Shown: positions 16,999-28,500, counted from the stretch's first letter. The stretch: DNA of 64,000 nucleotides from Elusimicrobiota bacterium (GCA_016218495.1 JACRDU010000162.1:1-64000); one strand, 5' to 3'. Program-made: numbers and translations. The notes: generated by a model from the sequence alone, not told the origin.

Positions 16999-18029
16999 AA
17001 CGCCTCTGCGTCGCGGCCGCGCTGCTCACCGCGGCAGCCGCCCGGGCCCAGTCTCCGACGATGGACTGCCCGGGCACCATCTCGGCCTGGAAGGAATCCA
17101 ACTTCCGCCTGAACTGCAGCTGCCGCTCCGCCCACTCCACCCCCGACTGCGACGACGCGAACGCCCCCTCGCAATCCTCCAAATCCGGGAAATCGCGGTC
17201 CTCAGGCGGCGGGAAGGGAGGCCTGAGCTTCGACCAGCAAATCGGCCTCTCCATCATGGAGGCGGCCATGCGCGCCATCCTGTCCGGGCCTTCGGCCGCG
17301 CCGCCCGAGCAGGAGGCGCCGCCGCCGCCCCCACAGCCGGAATACGCCCCGAATCCGGTCTACGACCAAGCCTTGAAGAAATTCGAGGAATTCCGCAAGC
17401 CCGACAGCGAGCTCAGGCGCGCGCTCGTCGACCAGCTCTCCGGTGTGCCCCGTGAAAACCTCCCGCCCCGGACCCCCGCGCTGCCCAAGCAGCTGCTGCT
17501 GAGCGCCTGCCTGGGCCAAGCGGCCAAGCGCTCCTCTAACAACCCTCTGTCCGATGACGATACCGCCCTCCTTCTGCGCCAGTCGGCCCAGGCTATGCAG
17601 GGGATGTCCTTCGACGTGTCCATGAAGGGCTGCGACATCCCCGAGCCTCCCCTGCCGGGCCCCGCCGTGGTCGAAAAGCGCCTCAAGGCCGCGGAGCTCG
17701 CCGCCGACCTCTTCGCCCGGGCGGGGGAGCTCAAGGTCCGCTCCGCCCAGGCCGGCGAGAAGGCCGTGCGCGCCCAAGCCGCGCTCGCCGAAGCGGAGAA
17801 GAAGACGGCGGAGCCCACGGAGGACAAGGCCCTTCTCGCCGCCGCGCGCGAAGCCGAAGCGGCCGCCCGGCGAGAGCTCGAGCAGGCCCGCGCCGATGCC
17901 GAACGGCTCAAGCGCGAGGCCGAAGAAGCGGCCAAGAAAGGCCGGGGAGCGGCCGACCGCCTCAATGAGGCGGGCAACGACGAGGGCAGGCTCGACGGCC
18001 TATTCACGGAGTTCGGCGATGGCCGCTAG
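16995..18029 (+). CDS. secreted coiled-coil protein (first gene of a 4-gene overlapping operon). Either a CTG start at 16995 or an ATG at 17061.
   Basis: The frame is open from 16914. A signal-peptide-like KRLCVAAALLTAAAARAQS lies between 16998 and 17061 and is reachable only from CTG 16995 (GGAAGG SD 3 nt upstream, CTGA overlap with the upstream stop). C-terminal Ala/Glu/Lys coiled coil. Confidence 0.5.
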   Translation: MKRLCVAAALLTAAAARAQSPTMDCPGTISAWKESNFRLNCSCRSAHSTPDCDDANAPSQSSKSGKSRSSGGGKGGLSFDQQIGLSIMEAAMRAILSGPSAAPPEQEAPPPPPQPEYAPNPVYDQALKKFEEFRKPDSELRRALVDQLSGVPRENLPPRTPALPKQLLLSACLGQAAKRSSNNPLSDDDTALLLRQSAQAMQGMSFDVSMKGCDIPEPPLPGPAVVEKRLKAAELAADLFARAGELKVRSAQAGEKAVRAQAALAEAEKKTAEPTEDKALLAAAREAEAAARRELEQARADAERLKREAEEAAKKGRGAADRLNEAGNDEGRLDGLFTEFGDGR

Positions 18030-18981
18030 CCTGCTCGCCCTCCTCCTCGCGCTCCCCGCCGCGGCCGAGCTGCGCCTGGAATTGCGCCGCCCCGGAGGGG
18101 CGGAGACGGCGCTCGGCGTGAGCGTCAGCAGGGTGTTCCGGTCCGGCTCGGTGCCCTGCCCGGGAGCGCGGGTCGTCTTGACCCTGCCCAGCGGGCTGGA
18201 ATCCGAGGAGAAGGCCGAGGCCTCCGGCACGGCGCGTTTCGACCCCCGCAACCTCTCCTATTCCCTCCCGCCCACCGGAGCGGCGACCGTGCGCGCGAAG
18301 GCTGAGTGCGCCGGGAGCTCGGGCAAAGCCGACTTCAGCCTGAGCGGCTCGGAGCTGGCCTCCTACAGCAGGGAAGCCTCCTCTAAGCTGACCGATGACG
18401 GGGTGCGTCTGGCCGGGTCCAAGAGGTTCGCCGAAGCCCGCCTGCGCTTCTTCCAGGCCCTGGAGCTGGACCCCGCGTCGGCGCGCGCCCGCTTCAACCT
18501 CGCCCTCTGCGCCGAGAGGCTGGGGCTGCTCCGGCTCGCGGCCTCGGAATATGTCCGCTACCTGAGCCTCCACCCCGAGGCCCAGGACCGGACCTCGCTC
18601 GGGCGCAAGGTCGCGCGCATGGCTCGGGGCCTGAATCCCGGCCTGCCCCTTCCCAAAGTGGCGGCCGACCTCTTCGAAACCGGCCGCTCGGAAGCGGCGG
18701 CCGGGCGCTATAACCAGGGCCTCGCCGCCTTCTCGGCAGCGCAGGTGCTGGCCCCCTGGTGGCCCGAACCCTACCGAGCCTCCGGCCTGCTGCGCGAAAG
18801 CCTGGCCATGCGCGGCAAGGGGGCCTTCGCCGTCCACGCGGAGGCGGCCCTGAGCGACCTCGAGGCATTCCTCGAAGCCGCTCCCGGAGATACCCGCGCC
18901 TCGGACATCCGCGCACGCACAGAAAGGCTGCGCTCCATTCGCTCGGGGCTGAACGCCCCGCAGAGGATACGAATCAAATGA
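18019..18981 (+). CDS. secreted TPR-repeat protein
   Basis: Signal peptide MAASLLALLLALPAAA. TPR-like helices (ARLRFFQALELDP, ARFNLALCAERLG, AAGRYNQGLAAFSAA). Overlaps the upstream gene by 11 nt. Confidence 0.6.
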   Translation: MAASLLALLLALPAAAELRLELRRPGGAETALGVSVSRVFRSGSVPCPGARVVLTLPSGLESEEKAEASGTARFDPRNLSYSLPPTGAATVRAKAECAGSSGKADFSLSGSELASYSREASSKLTDDGVRLAGSKRFAEARLRFFQALELDPASARARFNLALCAERLGLLRLAASEYVRYLSLHPEAQDRTSLGRKVARMARGLNPGLPLPKVAADLFETGRSEAAAGRYNQGLAAFSAAQVLAPWWPEPYRASGLLRESLAMRGKGAFAVHAEAALSDLEAFLEAAPGDTRASDIRARTERLRSIRSGLNAPQRIRIK

Positions 18982-20552
18982 AAAAAATCCTCATGCCGCT
19001 CGCCCTCTCCCTCCTCGCCGCCTGCGTGAGCGCCCCCCCGAAAGGGGATGCCCCGCAGGCTGCGGCCGCCGGGTTCCCAGCCAAGCCCTCGGGCTGGCTC
19101 GGGGTATCGGCCGGCCCTATCACCGATGCCGCTTTGCGCTCGGACCTGCGTCTTCAAGCGGACCTGCCGGGCCTGCTCGTGCTAGCGGTCATGCGCGGGA
19201 CTCCCGCCCAGGCCTGCGGCCTCAAGGCCGGAGACTTCCTGTCGAGCATGGACGACCTGCCGCTCTCGGATCTTGCTCAGGTCAAGGCCGCCGGGGGCGG
19301 GAGCGCGGTCTCCTTCAAGGTCTTCTCGAACGGCAAGCCCCGGACGGCCGCCTGCACGCTGGGATTCTACCCGGCCGTGCTCGGCCTCAAGGTCAACGAC
19401 ACCGCCTCCGGGCTGACGCTGGCGGCCCCCCCCGACAAGGTGGTGGAGAAGGCCATGAAGCTCCTCGGCTGGCCCGGCGCCCCGGTGCTCATCCGTTCCA
19501 TGGACGGAGAAGCGGTTTCCGCCATCGCACAGGCCAAGGCCTTCCTCTCGGGCCGCAAGCCCCTGGACATGGTCGCCCTCGAGCTCACCGACGCGCGCAA
19601 AAAGTACACGCAGGCGGTCCAGCTCAGGCTCAACGAAGGAGCCCCCGCCGGCCAGGAGTTCGCCGAAGGGGCTCCCGCCTCCCGCGAGCCGCGTACGCTC
19701 ACGGTCTCCCCGGAAGGGAGCGGGGATTTCCGGACCCCCGCCGGGGCGTTGCTGATGTCGCAGCCCGGGGACACCGTGCTCCTGCGCGCGGGACGCTACA
19801 AGGGAGGGGTCCTGGTGTCCGTTCCCAAACGGACCCTGCGCGGGGAAGGCCCCTCCACCGTCCTGGAGGGAGGGCTCTTCGTGACGGGCGCCGCCGGCGT
19901 CACGGTCGAAGACCTCTCCGTCGAGATGTCGGCCCGCAGCGCCGACTCCGCCGCGGCCGTACGCCAGGCGCGGGGGACGACCCTGCGCAGGCTGACCATT
20001 ACCGGAGGCCACAGCGCGTCCGTCGAGGACTCCCCGGACACCTTGGTCGAGGACTGCGTGATGAGCAAGAGCCAGGTCGGGCTCAGGCTGGTCAATTCCA
20101 CCTTCAAGGTCCAGCGCAGCGTGTTCCACGACAACGACTACGGGGTGTTCGCCCAGAACAGCGTCGGGACGCTGCGCGGCCTCACCGTCGCCGACAACCG
20201 CTCGCATGGCTTGGTCCTCGAAGGCGGCCGCACCGAGCTCTATGACTCCATCCTGTCGGCCAACCCCACCCTGCTCCAATGTCAGAACGCCTGCCGCTTC
20301 TCCGGCGGCTACAACGACTACCACGAGGGCAACCTGTGCGGCGACGCCTGCGTTCCGGCTTCCGAAGCCGCGGCGGGGACGGGCCTGCGCAAGGAGACCG
20401 ACGTCTCCGTCGACCCGCTCTTCGCCGAGCGCCTGAAGGGCGACTATCGCCTGAGCCTGGAGTCCCCCCTCATCGGCCGCGGCCGGGGCGGGGGCCCCAT
20501 CGGCGCCCTGCCCCCGGCCGGCTCCGGCGCGGGAGACGAAGGCTTCAAGTGA
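18978..20552 (+). CDS. lipoprotein with a PDZ domain and a right-handed parallel beta-helix (NosD/CASH-like) region
   Basis: ATGA overlap with the TPR gene. Lipobox LLAACVSA. PDZ (GLKAGDFLSSMDDLPLSDLAQVKAAG). Repeated beta-helix rungs (TITGGHSASVED..., LRLVNSTFKVQRSVFHDNDYGVFAQNS..., LVLEGG). Confidence 0.65.
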   Translation: MKKILMPLALSLLAACVSAPPKGDAPQAAAAGFPAKPSGWLGVSAGPITDAALRSDLRLQADLPGLLVLAVMRGTPAQACGLKAGDFLSSMDDLPLSDLAQVKAAGGGSAVSFKVFSNGKPRTAACTLGFYPAVLGLKVNDTASGLTLAAPPDKVVEKAMKLLGWPGAPVLIRSMDGEAVSAIAQAKAFLSGRKPLDMVALELTDARKKYTQAVQLRLNEGAPAGQEFAEGAPASREPRTLTVSPEGSGDFRTPAGALLMSQPGDTVLLRAGRYKGGVLVSVPKRTLRGEGPSTVLEGGLFVTGAAGVTVEDLSVEMSARSADSAAAVRQARGTTLRRLTITGGHSASVEDSPDTLVEDCVMSKSQVGLRLVNSTFKVQRSVFHDNDYGVFAQNSVGTLRGLTVADNRSHGLVLEGGRTELYDSILSANPTLLQCQNACRFSGGYNDYHEGNLCGDACVPASEAAAGTGLRKETDVSVDPLFAERLKGDYRLSLESPLIGRGRGGGPIGALPPAGSGAGDEGFK

Positions 20553-21646
20553 GGTCCCTGGTCCTGCTGGCCCTGCTGCTCGCAGGGCCTGTGCGGGCGG
20601 CGGACCCCGCGCCGTTCGCGGACGAAATCGCCCGGCTGGAACTGCAGCGCACGGACCTGGAGCGCCGTCTCGCCAGCCGGCAGGGCCTGCTGGCCCAGGC
20701 GTCGGCCAAGCCTTCGGCCTCCAACATCGAGGCCGCCCAGCTCCTGCGCAAGGCCGTCTCCGACACGCGAGAGTCCCTGGCCGTGGTGGCCGCCAGCCTG
20801 CGCAAGCTGCGCGAATTCGGCGAGATGCTCGCCAAGATGCGGCTCAAGCCCAAAGCCGTCTTCGGAGCGTCGTCGGTGAAAGGGGAAGTCACGCTCATCA
20901 CGAAGGACGGGAGCCGCCCCCTCACCGCGGGTTCGGCCATCGAGGAGCCCGGCATCATCACCACCGGCGATGGGGCCGCGAACATCCTGCTTCCGGATGG
21001 GACCAGCCTGACTCTGGGCCCGCACAGCCGTTTCGACACGAAGGATTGGACGCTGCACAGCGGGGAGCTCTACTATGAGTCCCTGGATGCGCTGTTCGGG
21101 AAAGCCAGAGCGGCGATTCGAGGGAAATTCAAGAAGTTCGAGGTGCGCACCCCCTCCTGCGTGACATCGGTGCGGGGGACCAAGTTCCAGCTCAGCGCCG
21201 CCGCGCTCACCCTGTTCGACGGCGAAGTGGAGACCTCCACCTCCGCCCCGGCCGCCGCGCCGGCGTATTCCGGCCAGGCCCCTGAGCCCGGCGCCGTCGT
21301 TGAGACCGGCCCCGGGGAGACGCGTGCGCTGTCCCTGCCGGGCGGGCTGTCCGCCGTCCTGGGGCCCGAGAGCAGGCTCGAGGCGTCCAAGAGCGGCAAG
21401 CCGGTCGCCTTCCTGCGCCGCGGCTCGGCCCGCCTGCGCGCCCGCTGCGAGGGAGAGCCCGCCCAGGTCCTCGTCCCCAATGCCCGGGCCCAGGCGTCCT
21501 CGGCCGATTGGTCCATGCGCGTGCTCCCGTCGGGCGCGGCCGAGCTCTCGCTGGAGGCGGGGTCGGTGCTGATGACCGCCGACGAGAAGCGCCTGGACGC
21601 GGCGGCCCTCGAACGCTGGTGGGACGCCCGCTTCGAGGAGCCCTAG
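20549..21646 (+). CDS. secreted FecR-domain protein (GTG start overlapping the upstream stop)
   Basis: Signal VRSLVLLALLLAGPVRAA. FecR-like block ITTGDGAANILLPDGTSLTLGPHSRFD...VRTPSCVTSVRGTKFQL. Its stop shares the palindromic CTAG with the convergent barrel gene. Confidence 0.6.
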   Translation: MRSLVLLALLLAGPVRAADPAPFADEIARLELQRTDLERRLASRQGLLAQASAKPSASNIEAAQLLRKAVSDTRESLAVVAASLRKLREFGEMLAKMRLKPKAVFGASSVKGEVTLITKDGSRPLTAGSAIEEPGIITTGDGAANILLPDGTSLTLGPHSRFDTKDWTLHSGELYYESLDALFGKARAAIRGKFKKFEVRTPSCVTSVRGTKFQLSAAALTLFDGEVETSTSAPAAAPAYSGQAPEPGAVVETGPGETRALSLPGGLSAVLGPESRLEASKSGKPVAFLRRGSARLRARCEGEPAQVLVPNARAQASSADWSMRVLPSGAAELSLEAGSVLMTADEKRLDAAALERWWDARFEEP

Positions 21647-22587
21647 AACTTCAGACGGATGGTCGTGTGGTAGGCCGCGCCGAGGTCCCCGAACGGGACC
21701 CAGGCGAAGTCCACGCCGAAGCGCCCGTAGGAAGCCCCGCCGCCCAGCGTCACGCCGCCGAAGCCTTCCGCATCGGTGTTCGCGCTGTTCCAGCCGCCGC
21801 GCAGGGCCGTCGTCATGGCTCCGAAGGTCCGCGCCGCTTCCGCCCCCAGCGAGACCTGCGGGGAATCGTCTCGCGGGAAGCGGACCTCGACCGAGGCCAG
21901 CAGCCCTTGCGCGGGGCGCAGGGCGCCGCCCGCATATAAGGCGAACGGCAGCGGGGCCGGGCTCGAGCCCAGGCTCAGGCGCCCGCCCCAGTTCCGCCAG
22001 CCGGCGCCGGCGCTCAGCCGCCGCCCGCGCCAGAGCGCTCCGCCGTCGACGGCCGGGGCCCGGGCGCTGGCCGAGTCCAGCCGCTGTTCGACGAGCTTCA
22101 GCGTCCCGCCCACCGCCAGGCCCGGCAGGGCGAGCCGGCCGTACGAGAGGGAGTAAGCGAAGTCGGAGGCGCCGAACGTCCCCTGCGCCGCGTCGGTCTC
22201 GACCAGGCCCCGCCGCTCGATGCCCGACGCAACCAAGGTCTTCACCGAGAAGGCGGCCACGCCCCAGGCGTTGCGCTTGAGGCGGGTGTCCCGCAGAGAC
22301 AGGAGCGGCACCGCCACCGCCCCGAAATCGTGGGCCAGGTCCTGGAAGTGGCTGTCATGGGTGGCCGCCGCTTCCAGCGATTCCAGGAAGGCCAGCCCGG
22401 CCGGGTTGTAATGGGCCGCGTGCAGGTCGTCGGCCAGGCCTCCGAAGGCGTCCCCCATGGCGGCCGGCCGGGCTCCGGCGGGGATCTTCAGGAAGGCCGC
22501 GGCCGAGGTGCCCTTGTCGGCCGCGCCGAACGCTCCCGCATCGGCCGCGGCGCAAGCCAGCAGCAGGCAGAGGAGCCGCGCCCTCAT
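21643..22587 (-). CDS. FadL/PorV-like outer-membrane beta-barrel (module 1 partner of the 3,539-aa CTD protein)
   Basis: Signal MRARLLCLLLACAAADA. FadL hatch-type motif FLKIPAGARPAAMGDAFGGLADDLHAAHYNPAGLAFL. C-terminal ...TTIRLKF. The ATG overlaps the giant-gene stop (ATGA). Confidence 0.65.
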   Translation of the reverse strand: MRARLLCLLLACAAADAGAFGAADKGTSAAAFLKIPAGARPAAMGDAFGGLADDLHAAHYNPAGLAFLESLEAAATHDSHFQDLAHDFGAVAVPLLSLRDTRLKRNAWGVAAFSVKTLVASGIERRGLVETDAAQGTFGASDFAYSLSYGRLALPGLAVGGTLKLVEQRLDSASARAPAVDGGALWRGRRLSAGAGWRNWGGRLSLGSSPAPLPFALYAGGALRPAQGLLASVEVRFPRDDSPQVSLGAEAARTFGAMTTALRGGWNSANTDAEGFGGVTLGGGASYGRFGVDFAWVPFGDLGAAYHTTIRLKF

Positions 22588-25500
22588 TTGAGCACCGCCA
22601 TCTTGAAGAAGGCGGAGCGCCCGCCCACCTTCACCTGGCCTATATAGAGCCCGCTGGCCACGTCCTTTCCGGCGTCGTTTGCCCCGTCCCAAGCTTGGTA
22701 ATAGGACCGGCCGCCCTGCAGCTGGCCCAGGTCGACGGTGCGCACGCGCTCGCCCGCCGCGCTGAAGACCAGCAGGCGCCCGTCCCCGCCCTGGCCGGCC
22801 GGGACGGCGATGCGGACCAAGGTCCCCCGGACGGTCTGGATGGCGGCCCCGTGGATGGGGGTGACGGTCTTGAGGCGCAGGTCGAAGGGGTTGGGGAAGT
22901 TGTAGGCGCTGAGGACCCCGCCGTCATAGGCGTTCCCCGAGATGACGGCGGCGGCGGCGTCGAAGAGGACGAAGGTGGAGAAATGGTCGACGGAGAGCGA
23001 GACGGTCTTGTTCAAAGCGTCGAGCTCGAGAGGCGCCCCGGTGACGTCTTGCTGGAGCACGAAGGCGTTGGCGGCCTCGTTGTACCAGTAGACGTTGAGG
23101 CGCGCCGGCTCGGCTCCGGCGGCGTACCCGAGGCTCAGCCGGGCGGGCTTGGCCAGCCGCGAGCCGAGGCCGGAGGAGACGGCCACGTCGTAGTAAGGCC
23201 CCGCGGGGCGGACGTCCGGCGGGGTAGCGGCCATCGCCCGCACGAGGCCGGCGGGGTAGGCGTCCGTCCCGAAGCGCAGCGACGTACGGGTCGCCTCCTC
23301 GGCGGACAAGCCGGCGGCCGCCAGCCCCCGCGCCCCGAGCAGGAGCTCGTCGGTCCGCCGCAGCGCGATGGAGGCGGAGGAGGACGCGTCGAGGATGAAG
23401 GCGCCCTTGGGCAGGGCCACGCGCCCCGGGTCCCCCTCGATGGACAGCGTCCCGCCCGTGAGGTTCGAGAGCTGGGTGGACTGATACCCGTCGACCCCCG
23501 AGAAGAACGCCGCCGTCGCCACCGCCAGGAACTCCGCGGAATCCGCCGCGTCGGGGTCCCTCTCCTCGGTGCGCGCCGCGAAGCGCAGCGTGAAGCTGGA
23601 CTCGGAGACCCCCGGCGTATAGATGCCCAGCACCTTGCGCCGGTCCGCCGACAATTCCAGGCCGCTGAGGGCCCCTGACGCCGAGACCGTCGAGACCAGC
23701 CTGGCCGGGTCGTCGTCGGCCGCGGTCCGCGCCCGCAGCGGGCGCGAGGAGTTGAACTCGATGAGGAAGGCCCCCCCGGAGCGACGGGACTTCGCGGTGA
23801 TGCGCGGAGCGGGCGGGCGCACCACGACGTCGAGCACGCGGGACTCCGTCGTCGTCGAGAAGGACAGGGCCGATGCCTCGGGCGGCGTGTAGGGCTCGTC
23901 GTCGGCCGTGAGCACGATGAGCCGGTAGGTCTTGCCCGGCACGAACCCGCCGACCCGGTAGCGAGCCGCCGAGCGGCCCGCGGAATCGCGCAGCAGGCCC
24001 CCCTCGAGGACTTCCGACAGGTCGGCCGTCGCCGCGAAGACCCGGCGGACCTCGTCTTCGCCGGGCGCGCCCCCGTCCGGACGGCGCAGGACGCCGGAGA
24101 GGGACGCGGCCCGCTGCAGCGTGATGGTCCCCAAGGAGGGCGATGCGGCCGTCACCCGGACAGGGAGGGTCCGGGGGGCGCAGCCGAGGGCCTCCACCGT
24201 CAGCCTGTAGGCGCCCGCCGACAGGCCCGACAGGGAGAACGACCCGTCCGGGGCCGTCCGAGACACGGTGTTCCCCAAAGGGCCCTCCGTCGGAGGCCGG
24301 CCTTCCGGGTAGAGGTAGAGCTCGGCGCCCGGCTCCGCCACGGCCCCGTCCGAGGCGCCCAGCAGCTGCCCCCCGTCGGCCGCCAGGACGCGCCCGGAGA
24401 CCGAATACGGCGCCGCGCGCAGCGGGATGCTCAGCGCGGCCGTGCTGAGGACGTCGACCCCGGCGATGACGGTCTCATCGTAGGCCGGAGGCGGCTCGGA
24501 TGGGTCCTCCGGGCGGGCGGCCGCGACGATGTCGTAGAACCGGACGTCGGGGTCGAGCCCGCCCAGGGAGAACCGGCCCGCGCCGTCGCTGCGCACCGTG
24601 CGCGCGGGACGGCGCAGGCTCGACAGCCCCCCCACCGAAGGCCGGGCCGTGACCGGCACGCCGCCGGCGGGCAGGCCGCCGGACGAGTCGGTCAGCAGGC
24701 CCGCTACCGTCGCGGCCGAACGCAGCTTCACCACGCCCAGCTCGGCGGTCTGCCCCTCGGCCACCCGTACGCCGGCCCGCACGGCGGCGGCGGCGTCGAC
24801 GCCGCCCCCCGGCCCGGGGACGAGCTCGACGTCATAGACGCCCGCGAAGACCCCTCCGATGAGGATGGTCCCCGCCGCGTCGAAGTCGGGCCGGGCGCAG
24901 CCGCGGGGGCCGCAGAAGGCGCCCTGGGCCGGGAAGAAGCCCCCCTCCCGCCAGGGAGAGGCGACGGCGGCGATGCGCAGCTCCGCGGGCAGCAAGGTCC
25001 GGTCCGAGCCGTCGATCGGGACCAGCTCCAGGGTGCCCGACGAGGAACGGCGCTCGAGGGCGAGGCGCAGGCGGATGGACCCCAGGGCCTCGAGGGAGAC
25101 GGTCCCCGCGTCGGCCGCCCCCCCGTTGAGGCTGATGAGGCGCGGCCGGGCGCCGTAGGCCCGCGGGGTCCCGGCGTCGGCCACGGCGAGGACGAACTCC
25201 CCGTCGGGGAGGGAGTTGACGGCGAAGGCGGCCGGAGAGCCGGGAGCGGCCTCCACCGAGACCCGGCGCAGCTCCGTCCCGTCCAACGAGGAGAGCATGA
25301 CGTCCAGACGGCGTTTCGCGGGCGCGCCCGCCGGAAGGGCCAGGGCCCCCTGCACGGAGCCGCCCGGTCCGAGCCTCAGGTCCAACGCCGTGTCGGCCGT
25401 GACGGCGAGGGACGCCTCGACCGGAGCGGCCTCGTCGCCGTTGCCCGGGCTGCCGTCGAGGTCTCCCGGTATGCGGACGCGGTAATAGCCGGGCGGGACG

Positions 25501-28500
25501 CCGCGGATGAGGAAGGAACCGTCCGCTGCCAGGGCGCCCACATAGGCGATGGCGGGCGTGCGCGCGGCGACGGAAGGGGACCACGAGGCGCAGGACTGTC
25601 CGGCGCGCGCGAGGGGCCCCGGAGCCCCCGCCGACCCGTCTCCCACCGGCACGAGCTCGACGCGCGCCGCGGACAAGGTCACCGGCGACGAGGATGAGAG
25701 CAGGCAATAGGGGGCCCGCGCGGCGAAGGCGACGAGGCCCGGCAGCGACGACACGGTGACCGAGTACCCGGTCGAGGATATCCGCACCGGCCCCGTCAGC
25801 CGGACCAGGCCAGAGACGGTCTTGCTCCCTCCGGAAAGGTCGAGCAGGGCCTCCGCCGTGGCGGCCGGGGTCAGGGACAGCGCCGCCGAGGCGGAGCGTC
25901 CCGTGGCCGGGTCGAGGAAGGTCCAGCGGTTGATGCCCGACGCCAGCGCCGGCGTCGTCATCGTCAGGCTGGACGGATAGAACTGGAACGACGCCCCGGC
26001 CAGGGCCGTCGCCACGGCCACGGCGGTCTGGGCGCCGAAGGGGTCCGTATGCAGCAGCGCCAGCCGCGCGAAATCGGCGCTGCACGAGCAGGGCGAAGCG
26101 GGCGGCTCGATGCGGACCGACACCAGTCCCCGGGCCGAGGGCCGGGCATACACGAGCCCCACCGACGCGCCCGCGCTGGTGACCCGGACGGATTCGTCGC
26201 CGGCCGGAGTCTTTTCAAACCCGCTGACGACGGCGCGGACATCCCACAGCCCCGGCTCGAGGCCGCCGAGCTGGAACTGGGCCGCGCTCTGGGCCGCGTC
26301 GGTGGAGAGGCGGACGATGCCCGATTCCCTGCGCAGCAGGCGGGGCTCGAAGGCCTCCACGAGCACGGAAAAGCCGTTCGATGAGGCGGCATCCGGGGCC
26401 GGGCCCGTCCCCGCCAATCCCCGGCTGTCGCCCTGGACCGTGACCGTGCCGCGCAGGACGGCCCCCAGCCCCAAGGTCAGGGCCGGTCCGCCCTGGCCCG
26501 TGGCCCCGTCGCCTATGTCGGCCGTCCCGGAGACGAAGAGCGTCGTCGTCGCCGGCAGCAGCCCCGGGGCCCGCGCCGTCAGGGTCCACGAGCCCTGCGT
26601 CAGGCCATAGAGCCGGAACACGCCGCTGGAGGGGACGGTCCCGCTGGAGGCCGCCGGGATGGACAGGCTGGCGAAGCGGGTCGGCACGCTGCTGCCGGAG
26701 GGCGCCGCCGCCACGGCCACCGAGGTGCCGTACGCCGAAGTCGTGACGAGGACGGCCGTCCCGCTCAGCGCGGCCCGGCGGTCGAGGGCCAACGAGACGT
26801 CCGCCGTCGCCGAGGTGGACACGGTCACGGCCGCCGGCCGCGTGCTCAGGCCCAAGCGCGCCACCTCCACCTCCAGGGTATAGACGCCCGGCGGCAGGGC
26901 GAGGACGGTCCAGGTGCTGGCGCTGGCCCCCAAGGCCACGGCCCCGTCGTCCGAGCTCGCCCCCCCGCGCGGGAAATGCAGGACGCCGGAAGCCGCCGCC
27001 GAACCGTCCGCGCCCCGCGCCAGCACGGAGCCGAACACCTCCTCCGGGGAGAGGACGGGCACGGAGGCGTTGACCCTCATGAGCCCGGGAACGGCGAAGG
27101 AGGGCGACCCCGCCGCCCCGCCGGCCGTCGAGGCGGCCACCGAACAGACGGCGGTGGAGAGGCGCACGCCCACGCCTTGGACCATGACGAAGGAGGAGGC
27201 CCGCACGGCATAGCGGGCCCCCTCGTGCAGGCCCCAGACCTTGAACGCACCTGAGGAGTCCGCCGTCGCGGAGGACCCGTAGCCCGCTCCCGGCCCTTCC
27301 ACGCTCACGAAGGCCCCCGCGCCCGACGTTCCGAGGCTGCCGCTGATGAAGGGGCTGGTGGCGACCCTCACCTCGACGGAGGTCCCGGGATTGCCCCCCG
27401 CCCGGACCCTGACGGGGTAGCGGCCGGGAGCGACGAAGGAGCAGGCGCGCGCGCAGGCCACGGCGTCCCAACGGTATGACAACGCCGACGAGGCGTCGCC
27501 CGTCCCGGCCGAGCGCGCCAGCGGGGTCGTGAAGGAGGCTTCCGTGGCCACGGCCACGTCCCAAGGCACGGCCGGGTCCGTGACGCTGAAGCGGACCACC
27601 GCGGACCCCGCCCCGGGGACCAGCAGCACGCTCGTGGCCCCGGCGCTCAGGGTCCCCGTGTCGACCGAGACGGCCGTCGGAGCCACCGAAGAGGCCCGTA
27701 TCAGGGCGGTCCGGAGGGCGTCCACCGCCGAGCCGGCCAGCGTGGCCGTGGCGCGCACGGACTCCGAGTCCACCCCGCTGGTGGAGGTCGTCATATAGAA
27801 CGCGGGGGAAGCGGACTGCCCCGTGGACACCGTCACCGAAACGATGCCTGCGCCGCCGGCCGCGTAGAAGGCGGCCGAGAGGTCCCGGGAGAAGCCGGAG
27901 GCGGCCGGCTGTCCGGCGGAGAGCCCGATGACCACGGCCAGCGTGGAGACGGCGGGGTTGCCGCAGCCGTCGGTGAGGAAGAGCTGCATGGTCGCGGAGC
28001 CCTGAAGCGGGCCCAAGGCGATGGGGGCCCGGTCGGAGAACTCCAACCCGCTGGCCGGACCGGCCGCCAGCGCGACGGCGGGGGCGGATGCCACCGCGAC
28101 CAGAGTCCCCGACTGGGCGCTCCGGCTGCGCACATCGAGGAGGTGGCGGCCCACGGCGCGCGCCGGCGGATAGCCCGTGTAGTAGAAGCGGATGTCCTCC
28201 CCCGGCTTGAAGAGGTTCGGCGCCGCGCTGGCGACGCGGACCGCCAGCCAGTCGCTGCCCAGCGTCACGCTGCCGATGGACGGCGGCGCGAAGAGGACCT
28301 CGGAAGACCCCGCCACGCTCCAGGCCAGGCTCGTCGAGACGACGGCGGCGTAGCCCAGGGGCGGAGGGACGGCGGCCGTCAGCCCCGCCAGCGGCGTCCA
28401 GCCCGGGGGGATGCGCAGCGCCACGGCCCCCCCGCGCCCGAGGCCGGAGTTCCCCACGGTGAAGGTCACCGTGGTGACGACGGCCTGGCAGGCCCCGGTG

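Noticed and set aside
17896-18018. 41-codon N-terminal extension of the TPR gene
   Set aside because: Basic, low-complexity and overlapping the upstream gene. The signal peptide begins at the Met at 18019.
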